Assembly (NCBI GenBank): GCA_044892525.1
Contig: CM097885.1
Span: 29,700,001 to 29,764,000 of the forward strand
From: Schmidtea polychroa
Lineage: Eukaryota
Reading direction: 5' to 3'
DNA length: 64,000 nucleotides
Below are positions 22,035-36,200 of this stretch, piece after piece. The notes under the pieces are model-generated. The model saw only the letters and a program-made list of their open reading frames with translations. It did not search any database and was not told where the DNA came from. Numbering within the stretch: position 1 is the stretch's first letter; each line of letters opens with the position of its first letter. A program made the translations under genes and the position numbers.

Positions 22035-22077
22035 CCTATATCAAACCAACATGTGCCACGGACCTGATAGAGAATAA
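19540..22077 (+). CDS. Family A protease-RT ORF, copy 2
   Basis: 845 aa; the difference I noticed from copy 1 is PHEV vs PHKV. Confidence 0.9.
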   Translation: MAYIKPTCATDLIENNKAGLYSNIHLDTIVGSDRVVWLIHWKLCHWSIYLADKENRESVILDTDDQISESEKSTIKAKMDEILRMTTQDQAPFNRISIDEYPKQDNDYDCGVFVLQYIMDFLENPERPLFNMPDSDKIRTQITTSILEDIKKYKKCNNETKNEDIEDAINQFRLHQLSINDILNWFKNRFLKDQKPRRACRSENKKPKLCSYQIQRLYTINSGKAIIQIHNETCKVIDLTSTAMDLHFIRTKPPKIQNMINITDKRPEWESSKPFTEKDVSIGIKNSKDAAPGEDGIPIRAWKEWMPEDPLTPIFNKIIESKNIPDSWKTYVTKLIKKLGKSNQAHNPANWRPIALMPTSYRIFMKILNKRILQWIHEHRLISKWQKAVNISNGCDEHNYIITVQKEKPNRKRYKGCECHLVFLDLADAFGSIPHEVIWHTLEQKGLNKNTISLLQECYKDCHTIYQSGDTRSSQIKQVKGVRQGCPLSMTIFSLCIEYLIQAAINSGKGVEIAGEKISILAYADDLVLMAPQHYQIQEMLNIIVEQAKMAHLIFKPEKCGYYLNKKDAIGWENNIFLDGTKIKHINEENLYTYLGVTVGSTKKNDLNQIFKEVEDKAISIFRSSLRAHQKIEAYNIFCHSKFIFILQAEEIAKSEAGKFDDKIRMLIKDKEVLDLQHKSPLMDAIFYSPTEKGGIGITKIVDEQIIQTISRFLKLINSSHSAIVNILTEELIDVAETRTDSPINSLSDSLKWLDETYAHKRTNSAKKSWLDRVKNAITQLYNDHDIKLTFLSRNIGTGCNIKSYNQEKPEEVFPPFLDEASKKLHKMIREGLYQTNMCHGPDRE

Positions 22078-24244
22078 TAAGGCTGGTCTCTACAGAAACA
22101 TCCATTTGGATACAATCGTGGGCTCTGATAGGGTCGTATGGCTGATCCATTGGAAACTCTGTCACTGGTCAATATACCTAGCGGACAAAGAAAATAGGGA
22201 GTCGGTAATTCTTGATCCTGATGACCAAATATCCGAATCAGAGAAAAGTACAATAAAGGCCAAAATGGATGAAATACTAAGGATGACTACACAGGATCAA
22301 GCCATATTCAACAGAATATCAATTGACGAATACCCCAAACAAGATAACGATTAAGAAGTTTTTGCAAATGAGTAGTCAAACAAAAATTTGGAAGAAATGA
22401 AAGCTTGGGCCGCCACAACCAGTTATCCCTGTGGTAAACACACAAATTCAACAATCGAAGAGGATGAAAACATCGCAAAGGAATCAGAAATACAGAAAAT
22501 TCACGAAAAAACCAATAAATTAGAGTCTGGAATACTGATGATGATGAAATGGATACAAACTCTAACCAATGAAATAAAAACTCTATCGGAAAAATTGGAC
22601 AAATCGCAAAATGGGAATGAATCAGACGGAGGAATTCAAAGGAAAAGCTATGCCAAAATTGCCAAAAAATCAAATACAAATTTAAATCTCAAAGAAAATA
22701 ACAAAAATTTAAATTTTACGAATTATAAAAATTCAGAAAATCCAGAAAATCCAGATAATAATTTAACTTTCAAAGAAAATAATGAAAATTTAAATTCTAC
22801 GAATTATAAAAATCCAGAAAACCCAGAAAATTCTGATAATAATTTAATTTTCAAAGAAAATAATGAAAATTTAAATTCTACGAATTATAAAAATTCAGAA
22901 AATCCAGAAAATTTAAAAGATTTTAAAAATTTAAAAAATGGAAAATCAATTAAAAATTTTAAAACTCAGTATACCTACTCCAAACACCGTGGCCTATATC
23001 AAACCAACATGCGCCACGGACTTAATAGAAAATAATAAGGCTGGTCTCTACAGAAACATCCATATGGATACAATCGTGGGCTCTGATAGGGTCGTATGGC
23101 TGATCCATTGGAATCTCTGTCACTGGTCAATATACCTAGCGGATAAAGAAAATAGGGAGTCGGTAATCCTTGATCCTGATGACCAATTATCCGAATCAGA
23201 AAAAAACACAATAAAAGCCAAAATGGACGAAATTCTAAGAATGACCACACAAGAATAACAATTGACGAATACCCCAAACTATGACTGTGGGGTGTTCGTA
23301 CTCCAATACATATCCGACTTCCTATCCAGTGACAGAGGGATCAGATTTACGACCCCAAACTCAATGGAAATCAGAGAGCAAATTAAAAATATCTTAATGG
23401 AAAATATAGACAAATATGATAGCCTAGCCTCAATCAAGAAAAATGAGGCTATTGAGGCTATCATAACCAGCTTCCGCCTACACAAGACAAACATCGACCA
23501 ATTCCTCAAATGGTTCACTGATTTATTCAATAAAGATCGAAAGCCACAAAGGAATCATAGAGATAAAACATATACAATTACCAAATGCTCCTACCAGATA
23601 CAGAGAATATTCACAGTGGCACCTGGTAGGGCTATCAAAGAGATAGACAGAATCCTGGAACCGGCTACCGATTTAACATCAGCGGTGATAGACACATACT
23701 TCGAAAGACCCACTCCTCCAAAAATGAGAGAAAAACCAGCACCCATTAAAAGTGCTCCGGAGTGGGAAACAAATAAACCAATAACCAGGGCAGACATCGA
23801 TGAAGCAATAATAAACAGCAAAGATGCTGCACCTGGTATGGACCAAATCCCACTTCGACAATGGAGGGAGTGGATGGCATTTGATGCGCTAACACCAATC
23901 TTCAACAAAATCCTGGAGACGCATCAAATTCCCGAAGTATGGAGAAAATATTTATTTGAATTAAAGAATGAGAATCGTCAATTAAGTTTGGAAATGAAAA
24001 ACATGAAGAAAATGATGGAACAAAAGATAAAATCAATTGAAACTTTAGAACAAATTATCAAAGACTCTGCCAAAATTTCTACAGAAAATAGAAAAACACA
24101 ACCAAATTCAGATGAGATTGTGAAAATTCGAGAAAAAGAGCATTATTTAAACAAAGTGTGTGTTACACATTAATTGTATACAAGATTGTTATCACAAGAT
24201 TGCTTGTTTTTATTAATAAATTTTTGACTCTGACACCTCATGCT

Positions 24245-27200
24245 GGTGTTCCTCATCCGGGAAAAGTTTGCTGACTTATCTAAGATTTTTTAATTTTTAA
24301 TTGAGCTTAATTCTGAATTTATTTCTTTTTGTAATTTTTCTATTGGTTTAAAAATATTTTAAATTGATTTTAAATTTTTTAAATGATTTTTATTATTACT
24401 TTTAAAATTTCTTGGATTAATTTTATTATTTTTTGTATTTTTAATATTTAAATTTAAATCATGGGTATTTCCTTGAAAGTTTTTAAATTTTCTTGGATAT
24501 TTATTTGAAAATTTAATTTCATGTTTAAATTTTTATTGTTTTCTTGAAATATTTTATTATTCTTTGAAATTAATTTTTCTTGTATTTTCTTGTATATATA
24601 ATAAAATTCATGTTTTTATCCAAATTTAACATTATTTCCAAGCTTTTTTCTTGATAAATAAATTTGTCTTGGATATTTTCTTGAAGATTTGACATATTGT
24701 GTATCACTTTTATTATTTCCATCTGTAATTTTCAAATTGAAGTTTTGTTTTTAGTATTTTTTATCTGGGAAAGGTTTAAAAAAATATCGAAAATATTAAA
24801 ACAATACCATTTAATATTTATAATTTTATTGAAAATTTAGATCAAGATGATATTAAAAAAACTAGAATGTAAAAATTATATTTATAGAAAATTTATCTAA
24901 AAATTTATATAAGAATTTTGATAAAAAATAAATGATTAAACTACAAATGCTTAAAAATTATATATAACATTAAAAATATATCTAAACATTTAAACTTTAA
25001 AGAAATATATATTAAAATATAATTTTAAAGATAAAAAATCTTTAAATTTAAAAGAAATATGTTACCAAAGAATATGGAACTATCAACAGAAAATAATAAA
25101 AACTCTGAATGATAATTGAATAATAATTTTTAAAATGTTACTTATTCAATTAAAAACAAAAAACGAATCCAGATAATATTCAGGAAAGCAATAACAATGC
25201 CAAAAAACCAAGATCCAATAATGAAAAACGCAGCAACTCTGCCCAAAAAAATGAAATCAAAATTTCAGAGACTCCCATAAAACCATTAAACTTTGACAAT
25301 AATGTCAAATCTAATGATATAAATATATTTCTATTCCATGAAAATACCAGATTATCAAAAACATATATAGAAATAGAATATTATAAGAAGAAATTTGTAA
25401 AAATCTGTCAAAAATGATAAAAAATAGTGAATGTTATAAAAACGATAAATTTGTCGTTTAAATTATCGTTTTTATTGCAGTTTTAATTTTTAATGTTTTG
25501 AGTATGATTTAATTATTTCAAGATTCATTAATAATAAAAATCAAGATTAAATTAATTTTTGAAATATTAAATTTATCACAGAAAATATCTCAAAGTTAGA
25601 GGATATGGGTCTTTTATTAGAAATAAAATATAAAAATATCTATTGAATAAAATAAGCATTTTTAGAAATAAAAATGTAAACAATTTTAAAAATTCAATAT
25701 TTATTTGAAATTTGGAAGTTCAAATATTAAATTAAAAAAAATCTTTTTTGGCAGAATAGGTTTATTTAATTATAGTTGAATTATTTGTATTTTTTTAAAG
25801 TTAAAAATGTAAGTGTGTAAAATATTATTGATATAAATAAAAAAAATATCATAAGAAAATTTAAATGATAAAAATTAATTTATTATTAAAAATAATTGAA
25901 AATATACAAAAAACAAATCAAATTTAAAAATATCAATAAAAATATTTAGAAATAAAAGTTAAAACAATTTTTAAAATTTAATATTTTTTTTTAAAAATGG
26001 AAGGTCAAATATTGAATTTAAAAATATTTTAATCCAAATTTAAAAGAAACATTTAATTATAATAATAATATTGAAATTTTAGATCAAGTTGATATTAAAA
26101 AATTAGAATGTTACAATTATATTTATGAAAAATATATCTAAAATATCAAACTTTAAAGAAAATTATATCAGAATATGATTTTAAAGATAAAAAATATATT
26201 AAAAGTTCAAAAATATTTTTACAAAAAATATTGAAGTACCAACAGATTTATAATAACTCTAACAGTTATATAAATAGTTTTTTTAAATTTAACTAATTCA
26301 ATGAAAAAGAATTTTAAAACAATGAAAAATTCGAAATTCAGAACAATTCAGAACCTCGTCCAAATGAAATTGGAAAAAGCCCTAAATAACTTTCCACCAG
26401 CATCCAAGATGAAAAACAACGATAACTAAATGCCAATTAATAGTAAAATAAATAATTTACAGTTTAATCAATAACTTATATATAATTAAAAATTAAAAAA
26501 ATTAAATCATTAAATTATATTATATTTCTCATTATTCTTGAATGAAGAGTTTGAACTTTTTGAATTCTATGATTGTTGAGTTCTCAATTTCAAAATTAGA
26601 GTATATGGGTCTTTTATTAGAAAGTTAATTTATTATTAAAAATAATTTAAAATATACAAAAAACAAATAAAATATAAAAATATCTATTGAAGAAGATATG
26701 AAAATATTTGGAAATAAAAATATATACAATTTTCAAAAATTTATTATTTATTTAAAAAGTTCAAATATTGAATAGAAAAATATTTTATTCAAAATTCTAA
26801 AAAAATATCGAAAATATTAAAAAACCATTTAATTTTTATATAATTATTGAAAATTTAGATCAAGTTGATATTTAAAAAATTAGAATGTAAAAATTATATT
26901 TATAGAAAATATATCTAAAAAGAATTTTAAATCAATGAAAAATCAAAATTCAGAACAATTCAGAACCTCGTCCAAATAAAATTGGAAAAACCCCTTATAA
27001 CCTTCCACCAGTATCCAAGATAAAGTACAACAAAAACGAAATGCCAAATTATAGTAAAATAATCAATTAACAGTTTAATATATATATATATATATATATA
27101 TTTCATTTCTTATTCCTTGTGATCTCCAATGCTTCGAATTGAAACAGTTTTTCTCGTATGTCTTGTGATGACATTTAGATAAAAACTTTCGTTTCTTGGA

Positions 27201-28969
27201 ATCTGGATGTTAGTGGGCTGATAATATCTGGTTGGTAATTGGTTGTTATTATCTAGTTATTATCTAGTTATATTCGATAACTAACAGCTTCTACAAAATC
27301 CAAAGAATCTACTAGGTCATCCTGGAAGACTAATCCGAGAAATTGATAACGTGTTTAGTCTTTTATCAAAAGGTGAATGCATTTAAAATTAGGACAGGAT
27401 ATGTTATCAGATTACACAAAAATCCATCATAATTTAATATCAAATAAAATAAGTAGATTATTTAACAAAATTAAATTATTTTTAGATAAAGAAATACCAA
27501 TCGAAACAAGAAGAAAATATGTCGTTTGTATTATGTTTTGAGTATGATTTAATTATTGGAGATTCAATAATAATAAAAATTAAGATTGAATTAATTGTTG
27601 AAATATTAAATTTATCACAGAAAATATCTCGATGTTAGAGGATATGGGTCTTTTATTAGAAAGTTAATTTATTAATAAAAATAATTTAAAATATACAAAA
27701 AACAAATAAAATATAAAAATATCTATTGCCTAAGATAAATATCTCAAAATTAGAGTATATGGGTCTTTTATTAGAAAGTTAATTTATTATTAAAAATAAT
27801 TTAAAATATACAAAAATTAAATAAAATATAAAAATATCTTTTGGCTAAGATAAACATTTTTAGAAATTAAAATGTAAACAATAATTATTTAAAATTGAAA
27901 GTTCAAATATTGAATTAAAAAAAATTTTTTTGGCAGAATGGGTTTATTTAATTATAGTTGAATTATTTGTATTTTTTTAAAGTTAAAAATGTAAGTGTGT
28001 ATGTAAGTCATAAATATCATAAGAAAATTTAAATGATAAAAATTAATTTATTATTAAAAATAATTGAAAATATACAAAAAACAAATCAAATTTAAAAATA
28101 TCAATAAAAATATTTAGAAATAAAAGTTAAAACAATTTTTAAAATTTAATATTTTTTTTTAAAAATGGAAGGTCAAATATCGAATTTAAAAATATTTTAA
28201 TCCAAATTTAAAAAAAACATTTAATTATAATAATAATATTGAAATTTTAGATCAAGATGATAATAAACAATTAGAATGTTACAATTATATTTATGAAAAA
28301 TATATATAAAATATCAAACTTTAAAGAAAATTATATCAGAATATGATTTTAAAGATAAAAAATATATTAAAATTTCAAATATATTTTAACAAAAAATATT
28401 GAAGTACCAACAGATTTATAATAACTCTAACAGTTATATAAATACATTTTTTTAGTTTAACTAATTCAATGAAAAAGAATTTTAAAACAATGAAAAATTC
28501 GAAATTCAGAACAATTCAGAACCTCGTCCAAATGAAATTGGAAAAAGCCCTAAATAACTTTCCACCAGCATCCAAGATGAAAAACAACGATAACTAAATG
28601 CCAATTAATAGTAAAAAAAATAATTAACAGTTTAATCAATAACTTATATATAATTAAAAATAAATAAAAAAATTAAAAAAATTAAATCATTAAATTATAT
28701 TATATTTCTGATTATTCTTGAATGAAGATTTTGAACTTTTTGAATTCTATGATTGTTGAGTTCTCAGTTTCTGGTTGTTTGGTAGTGGAAATCTCTCTGT
28801 CTTTGGCGGCCAATGCGTTCATATTTTCTTTTGAAATTTTGTTTTCGGTATTTCTTATCTGGGAAAGGTTGGCAGAGGTTTATATTATTTTCTTTATGTT
28901 CTTTGAGGTTTTATATAAAATATATTTATCATTTATTTGTTCTTTGATAAAATTTTATAATTTGGTAAC
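24245..28969. repeat. AT-rich block, copy 2
   Basis: Near-identical to 9558-14280. Confidence 0.9.
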
Positions 28970-29567
28970 CACTATCATTGAGTAGCCTACAGATGTCACA
29001 AGAGACTCAGACACTGTAGAGCTGTCAAATCCAATAGAACTCACAACTATCGAGCAACCATGTAGAAGCATGGAAAATAATGAGACCGCAATCTCTACAG
29101 TAAACAACGAAAACATAGAAATTGACGGAACAAGTCGGGGAATAATAATAAAACCCATTGCACCTGTACTCAAAGAAAATATATCAAATAACGAAACAAG
29201 AAGGCAATCAAGACAAGATAAAAATATCAGATCCAAGAGTCAGAAGAAAGAAAGACAAATAATTGACTCCGATAGCCATTGATACCACAAAACAAAACAA
29301 AAAACTACGTACCGGTGGAGACCATCAACGGCAAATAATTGGCTTATGGTAGTTAAAAAACATCCAATAGCCAGTTAACCGAATGGAAAAATGCCTTGAA
29401 AATATTTTTAGCATAAAAGCCCACATAATATAGTTAATAAACTATAATATGCAGGCAATTAGTTAATCTAAATTTCAATCTAGAAATTTAAAGTTAATTT
29501 TAAAAACGACATGAATGAATCATAAAGACTCAATACATATCTACACAATGAATGATTCATAAAGAAT

Positions 29568-30162
29568 CAAATCATCGCGCATGGGGATGAAGTTCAAAAT
29601 CTCGCAGTTTACACCACTCGAATTCTTACGCTTCCCCGACCGTAAAGTAAGTCGTCTACAAACGATTTAATGCCAACACGTAAATCATTAAAAATGATTC
29701 AAACATCCAAACTATTTTCATAGAATGGTTAGAGTTTAAATATATGGCTAAGCCACATCCACTAACTTGCGTTAATGAATAATAATATTGCCTCATTACG
29801 AGGATGGCACAAAATATCATGATTTTTAGGCGAGATTCAGACTTAGAGGCGTTCAGTCTTAATCTCTCGGATGGTAGCTTCGTGCCACTGACCTTTTGAT
29901 CAAGCACATTTACCAGTGATCCGAATCTGCGGTTCCTCTCGTACTGACCAGAATTACTATTATCATGACAAATTATATAGTAGGGTAAAACTAACATGTC
30001 TCACAACAGTCTAAACCCAGCTCACGTTCCCTATTAGTGAGTGAACAATCCAACGCTTTGCGAAATCTGCTTCGCAATGATAGGAAGAGCCGACAACGAA
30101 GGATCAAAAAGCGACGTCGCTATGAACGCTTGGCCACCACAAGCCAGTTATCCCTGTGGTAA
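29568..30162 (-). pseudogene. 28S rRNA: 28S rRNA 3' fragment, copy 2
   Basis: Same as 14879-15476 apart from a 3-nt shortening near the rRNA 3' end. Confidence 0.95.
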
Positions 30163-32193
30163 TAGCACAAATTCGAAAATCGGAGAAGATGAAAACATCA
30201 CAACAATATCAGAAATACAAAAATTACATCAAAAAAACAGTCATTTGGAATCAGGAATGCAGATAATGATGAAAATGATGCAATCATTGACTGAAGAAAT
30301 AAATACTCTAAAAAAATGATGGACAAATCACAAAATGGGAATGAAACAGATAAAAATAATCAAAGAAACAGTTATGCCCAAATTGCCAAAAAATCAAATA
30401 GCAATTTAAATTTTCAAGAAAATGATAAAAATTTGAATTTTACAAATTGTAAAAAAAATTCAAATTCGGAAGAAAATAATAAAAATTTAAATTTAAATTC
30501 AAATTTAAATACAGAAAATCAAGAGAATTTAAATATTTTAAAATCAAATATTAATGATTTTAAAATTTCGAAGAATACATCATTTAAAAATTTTCAAAAA
30601 TAAGAAAGATTTTATAAATAATAAAAATGATTTTAAGCCAATAATCAATCAACACTGAAATCCAGATCTGCGCTGAGAAAATTAATACTACAACACTGAA
30701 TTCTCAACCAGTAGAATCAAACAGAAAGAGAAGAAAGGCAATCTTAGCAAGTGATGAAGAGCAAAATCTTCCAAAAAAGACTAATAATCATAAAGAGCAA
30801 CCCATATTCGACCAACCTGAAAAATTGATTGGAGGAGGACCAAGTGATAATGAGAACTTCCAGATCCACGTTACTAATGAACTAACCTACAAATGTGCTC
30901 TGATTGGATGCCAATCCAAATCTGAATCATTAGCCGGGATTAAACAGCATGTATCAAGAGCCCATAAAATCAGGACAACATACACTAAATGCCATCAATG
31001 ACCAAACAATATTCAACAACATGAAATTGAAGAACATGTCAAATATCATAAAGAGTTGACAAATAAATATAAAGATGCGAAAATGGATGTCATAATTCCA
31101 ACAAAAAATGACATTCCTTCAAACATCGCATGACTAGCACAGTCAGCTATCGAGGCTCAAATAAGATCAATCATAAAAGAGCCTAAGAACAAAGATAGCA
31201 TAATCTGTTACTTAAATCCCCAGTGCGCTAATGACCTAATATCAAACAACAGGAATGGCCTCTTTAAAAAGTTAAAAATGGATGCCCTTGTTGGATGTGA
31301 GCTTACTATTTGGCTAATCCATTGGAATAAAAGTCATTGAACTGTATACCTTGCAGAAAGGAAAAACAGGACGTCAGTAATTATGGACCCTGACAATCAA
31401 ATGTCTCAAGAACTTAAGATTTCCATCAAAAAGAAAATAGATGATATACTGAGAATAACTTCCTCCGAGCAAGACAATGAAATGCAATTAATGAACATCC
31501 CAATCTATCCAACTCAGACAAACAAATATGATTGTGGAGTGTTCGTTATTCAATATATAATGGACTTCCTAGAAAATCCGGAGAGGCCCATATTCAATAT
31601 GCCCGACTCCGATAAAATAAGAACCCAAATAACATCAAGCATATTAGAGGATATCAAAAGATACAAAAAATGCTCAAATGAATCAAAGAAAGAAGATATA
31701 GAAGATGCTATAAACCAATTTAGATTACACCAGCTATCAATAAACGATATACTAAATTGGCTCAAACACAGATTTCTAAAAGATCCTAAACCGAGAAGGG
31801 CATGCAGAAGCGAAAATAAAAAACCCAATCTATGCTCATACCAAATACAGAGATTATACTCAATAAACTCTGGCAAAGCGATAATGCAAATACATAATGA
31901 ATCATGCAAGGTTATTGACCTAACATCAACGTCAATGGACCTGCATTTTACAAAACCAAAGCCACCAAAAATACAGAACATGATTAATATTGCGTACAAA
32001 AGACCAGAATGGGAATCCTCAAAGCCAATTTCAGAGAAAGATGTATTCTTTGCAATAAAAAATAGCAAAGATACAGCGCCAGGAGAGGACGGAATTCCGG
32101 TCAGAGCATAGAAAGAATGGATGCCTGAGGACCCATTGACTCCAATATTCAATAGAATAATCGAATCCAAAACTATCCCTGATTCTTGGAAAA
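30163..32193 (+). mobile_element. Family C 5' part continuing into A'-like pre-RT region
   Basis: As 15477-16912, then LCSYQIQRLY, APGEDGIP; TAG at 32109-32111. Confidence 0.88.
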
Positions 32194-33202
32194 ATAATAT
32201 AATTTAATGATTTAATTTTTTTAATTTTTTTATTTATTTTTAATTATATATAAGTTATTGATTAAACTGTTAATTATTTTTTTTACTATTAATTGGCATT
32301 TAGTTATCGTTGTTTTTCATCTTGGATGCTGGTGGAAAGTTATTTAGGGCTTTTTCCAATTTCATTTGGACGAGGTTCTGAATTGTTCTGAATTTCGAAT
32401 TTTTCATTGTTTTAAAATTCTTTTTCATTGAATTAGTTAAACTAAAAAAATGTATTTATATAACTGTTAGAGTTATTATAAATCTGTTGGTACTTCAATA
32501 TTTTTTGTTAAAATATATTTGAAATTTTAATATATTTTTTATCTTTAAAATCATATTCTGATATAATTTTCTTTAAAGTTTGATATTTTAGATATATTTT
32601 TCATAAATATAATTGTAACATTCTAATTGTTTATTATCATCTTGATCTAAAATTTCAATATTATTATTATAATTAAATGTTTTTTTTAAATTTGGATTAA
32701 AATATTTTTAAATTCGATATTTGACCTTCCATTTTCAAAAAAAATAATTAAATTTTAAAAATTGTTTTAACTTTTATTTCTAATTATTTTTATTGATATT
32801 TTTAAATTTAAATTTTTTTTGTATATTTTCAATTATTTTTAATAATAAATTAATTTTTATCATTTAAATTTTCTTATGATATTTATGACTTACATACACA
32901 CTTACATTTTTAACTTTAAAAAAATACAAATAATTCAACTATAATTAAATAAACCCATTCTGCCAAAAAAAATTTTTTTAATTCAATATTTGAACTTTCA
33001 ATTTTAAATAATTATTGTTTACATTTTAATTTCTAAAAATGTTTATCTTAGCCAAAAGATATTTTTATATTTTATTTGATTTTTGTATATTTTAAATTAT
33101 TTTTAATAATAAATTAACTTTCTAATAAAAGACCCATATACTCTAATTTTGAGATATTTATCTTAGGCAATAGATATTTTTATATTTTATTTGTTTTTTG
33201 TA
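32194..33202 (-). repeat. Inverted 1-kb copy of the AT-rich block
   Basis: Reverse complement of about 27694-28703 (e.g. catcttggatgctggtggaaag, ggacgaggttctgaattg). Confidence 0.9.
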
Positions 33203-36200
33203 ATTGCAATCATTTTTCTGGATGGAAGTTATGAATTCCAAAAACCTATTGACCAGCATAATGCAATACACTGGTTCAACTTCTTTATCAAAAGAACGAT
33301 AGTCGGAGTACCAAGATCCTTCAATCTAAGGAAAAGTATACCATATCTTAATAAAAGCCAAACAGTTCCGCAGACCAATGTGGAAACAAATGGAGACATA
33401 ACCAACCACTCTAACCTGAAAGGTCTACAATGCCGAGATATTAGTAGAAAAAGGAGAAAATGCTCAACTAATGAATCCGTAGAACATCAATCAAAGAGAA
33501 AAAATAATGAGGAAAATACTGAACAACCAGTAAATCAGGAAGAAGAAACACATGTAACTCATCAAACCACAACAAGTCCCAATCAATCATTAAATGAACA
33601 AGCATGACGGGATGGGGAAAGGACAACAAGTGCAGTCCTACCCCCACAAGAAAATACTATCATTTCAACACTCCAAAACCCTGACAACCGTCTAATAGGA
33701 GGAACAATGCAAATCAAACAAATTGAAGCTTCAATCGATCTAATAATTGACAATGAATGCAGAATAGTTTGTGCAAAAGAAGGTTGCAACAAAACCTATA
33801 CTGATATCTTCCATGCTGAGCACCATTCCAGAAATAAACATAATCTACCTTCTGGAACAAGAACAAAGGTCAAATGTGTACAATGTGAGAACCCAATCGA
33901 AGGAGATCAAGTAAATGACCATATCAACAACCACAAAGACGAAAGAAAAGAAGACCTGATTAGACAAATGAATATCATCCTACCAAATAAAAGAGATACG
34001 CCTTACGGACCATATGATCTACTATCACAAGCGGCGTTGGAAATATATATTAGGAATCTAATAATGTATGACAAAAGGGAAATAGCATACATTGGCCCCA
34101 GAGCATCAATATACCTTAACAACAACAATAAACACGCTCTGCTCAAAGAAATACAACTGCACAACCTTGTCGGCTGGAAACTGGCAATCTGGCTCATCCA
34201 CTGGAATGGTAGCCACTGGGCAGTGTACCTAGCTAATAAAAACACTAGACAATCCATAATCCTGGATTCAGCTAACTCATTTACAATCAACCAAGAATTT
34301 TTAATGAAAAAGAATATGGATTCAATTCTTAATACCGCATCAGAAGAGGATAAACCCTTCCTGAGATTGCAGATTGAGCATAAACCTACCCAATCTAACC
34401 AATATGACTGCGGCCCATATGTACTACAATTCATAAAGGACTTTCTAAATAATCCTGAAAGAACTAGATACAACGAGCCAAACACGAAAGAAATTAGAGA
34501 AAAAATATGCGAATTAATAACGGAAGAATGAAAAAAATAAAGATAATGGAATAAAACAAATCAATGATCCTGAAATCGCAGAGCTACTGAAAAAATTCTC
34601 ACTACATCAATACACAATTGAACAGATCCTAGAAAATTTCAGAAGAATATACGAAAGAGACAATCTAAAACCAAAAAGAAATTCTAAACTAAAGATTCCA
34701 ATGGCTAAATGCTCTTATCAGATCCAACGATTATATGCCATCAATCCTGGAAGAGCTATTAATGAAATAAACAAAGCCACTGATTCTACTCCAGAACTAC
34801 AAACAGAAGTAATGAACATCTACTTCACCAGACAAAAACCACAAACAAATCCAGAAAATATTCTAATATCGAAAAGAACCGCTGACTGGATAACCGACAA
34901 AAAGATCAAAAACAAGGAAATCACAATAACAATCAAAAGAATGGAAGATAAAGCACCAGGAGCAGACAAAATTCCTATACGACAATGGAAAACCTGGAAC
35001 AAAGATAGGGCATTAAAAGTGCTATTTAACCATATCATAAAACAAAAGAAGATACCAATAAACTGGAAAACATTTATGACAAAACTAATTATAAAACCAG
35101 GAAAAGCCGAAGAAGCATCCAATCCATCTAACTGGAGACCGATAGCACTAATGCCAACGGCCTATAGAATCCTAATGAAACTACTAAATAAAAGATTATT
35201 AAAATGGATCCATGACGGAAAGCTACTATCTCCATGGCAAAAGCATTTTAGAAAAAGAAAACGGATGCGATGAGCACAATTTCATAATCAATTGCCTTAT
35301 GGAAAAAGCAAACAGAACAAGATACAAAGGCGAACAGATACACCTAGTATTCTTGGACCTCGCAGACGCCTTTGGCAGTATGCCACACGAGGTGATTTGG
35401 TACACATTAGAGAGAATGGGGTTAAATAAAAACACCATTGAACTAATTAAAAATAGCTACCAAGACTGCTTCTCAATATACGAAAGCGGCGAATCCCAAT
35501 CAGACAAAATTAAAATTGATAAAGGGGTCAAACAGGGATGCCCCTTGTCCATGACGCTATTTAGTCTATGTATAGAATTCCTCATAAAAGCTGTAGAGGA
35601 TCTAAACAAAGGTGCCAAAATAGCAGAAACAAAAATAAGTATTCTAGCCTACGCAGACGATTTGGTACTAATCGCAAATAACAAAGAGGACATCCAAATA
35701 ATGCTTAACACCATATTCGAAGAGGCAAATAAAGCATGTCTAACCTCTAAACCTGCCAAATGTGGATATTTCAGTGAACAAGAAAACAATGATATCCCAA
35801 TAATGATCAACAACCAGACAATTAGGAAAATCAACAACAATGAACTGTACACATACCTAGGAGTCAGAATAGGAGGACCTAAAAAAAGGAACAGACCAAC
35901 TATTCAAGGAAGCAATCACCTACTCTGAAAAGATATTCAAATCAAAACTTAAAGCATGTCAAAAAATAGAAGCATACCAAACATTTATACACTCCAAATT
36001 CGTATTCCCTCTCCAAGGAGAAGACATAAACAAAGGGAACATCGAAGAATACGATAACCAAATCCGAACAAGAATCAAAAAAGATGTTATTGACCTACCT
36101 ACAAATAGTCCATTTATGGATGCAATAATCTATTCCCCAAGAGCAAAAGGAGGTCTAGGAATAACAAAAGTCGCAGACGAGCAACTTATCCAGACCATCG

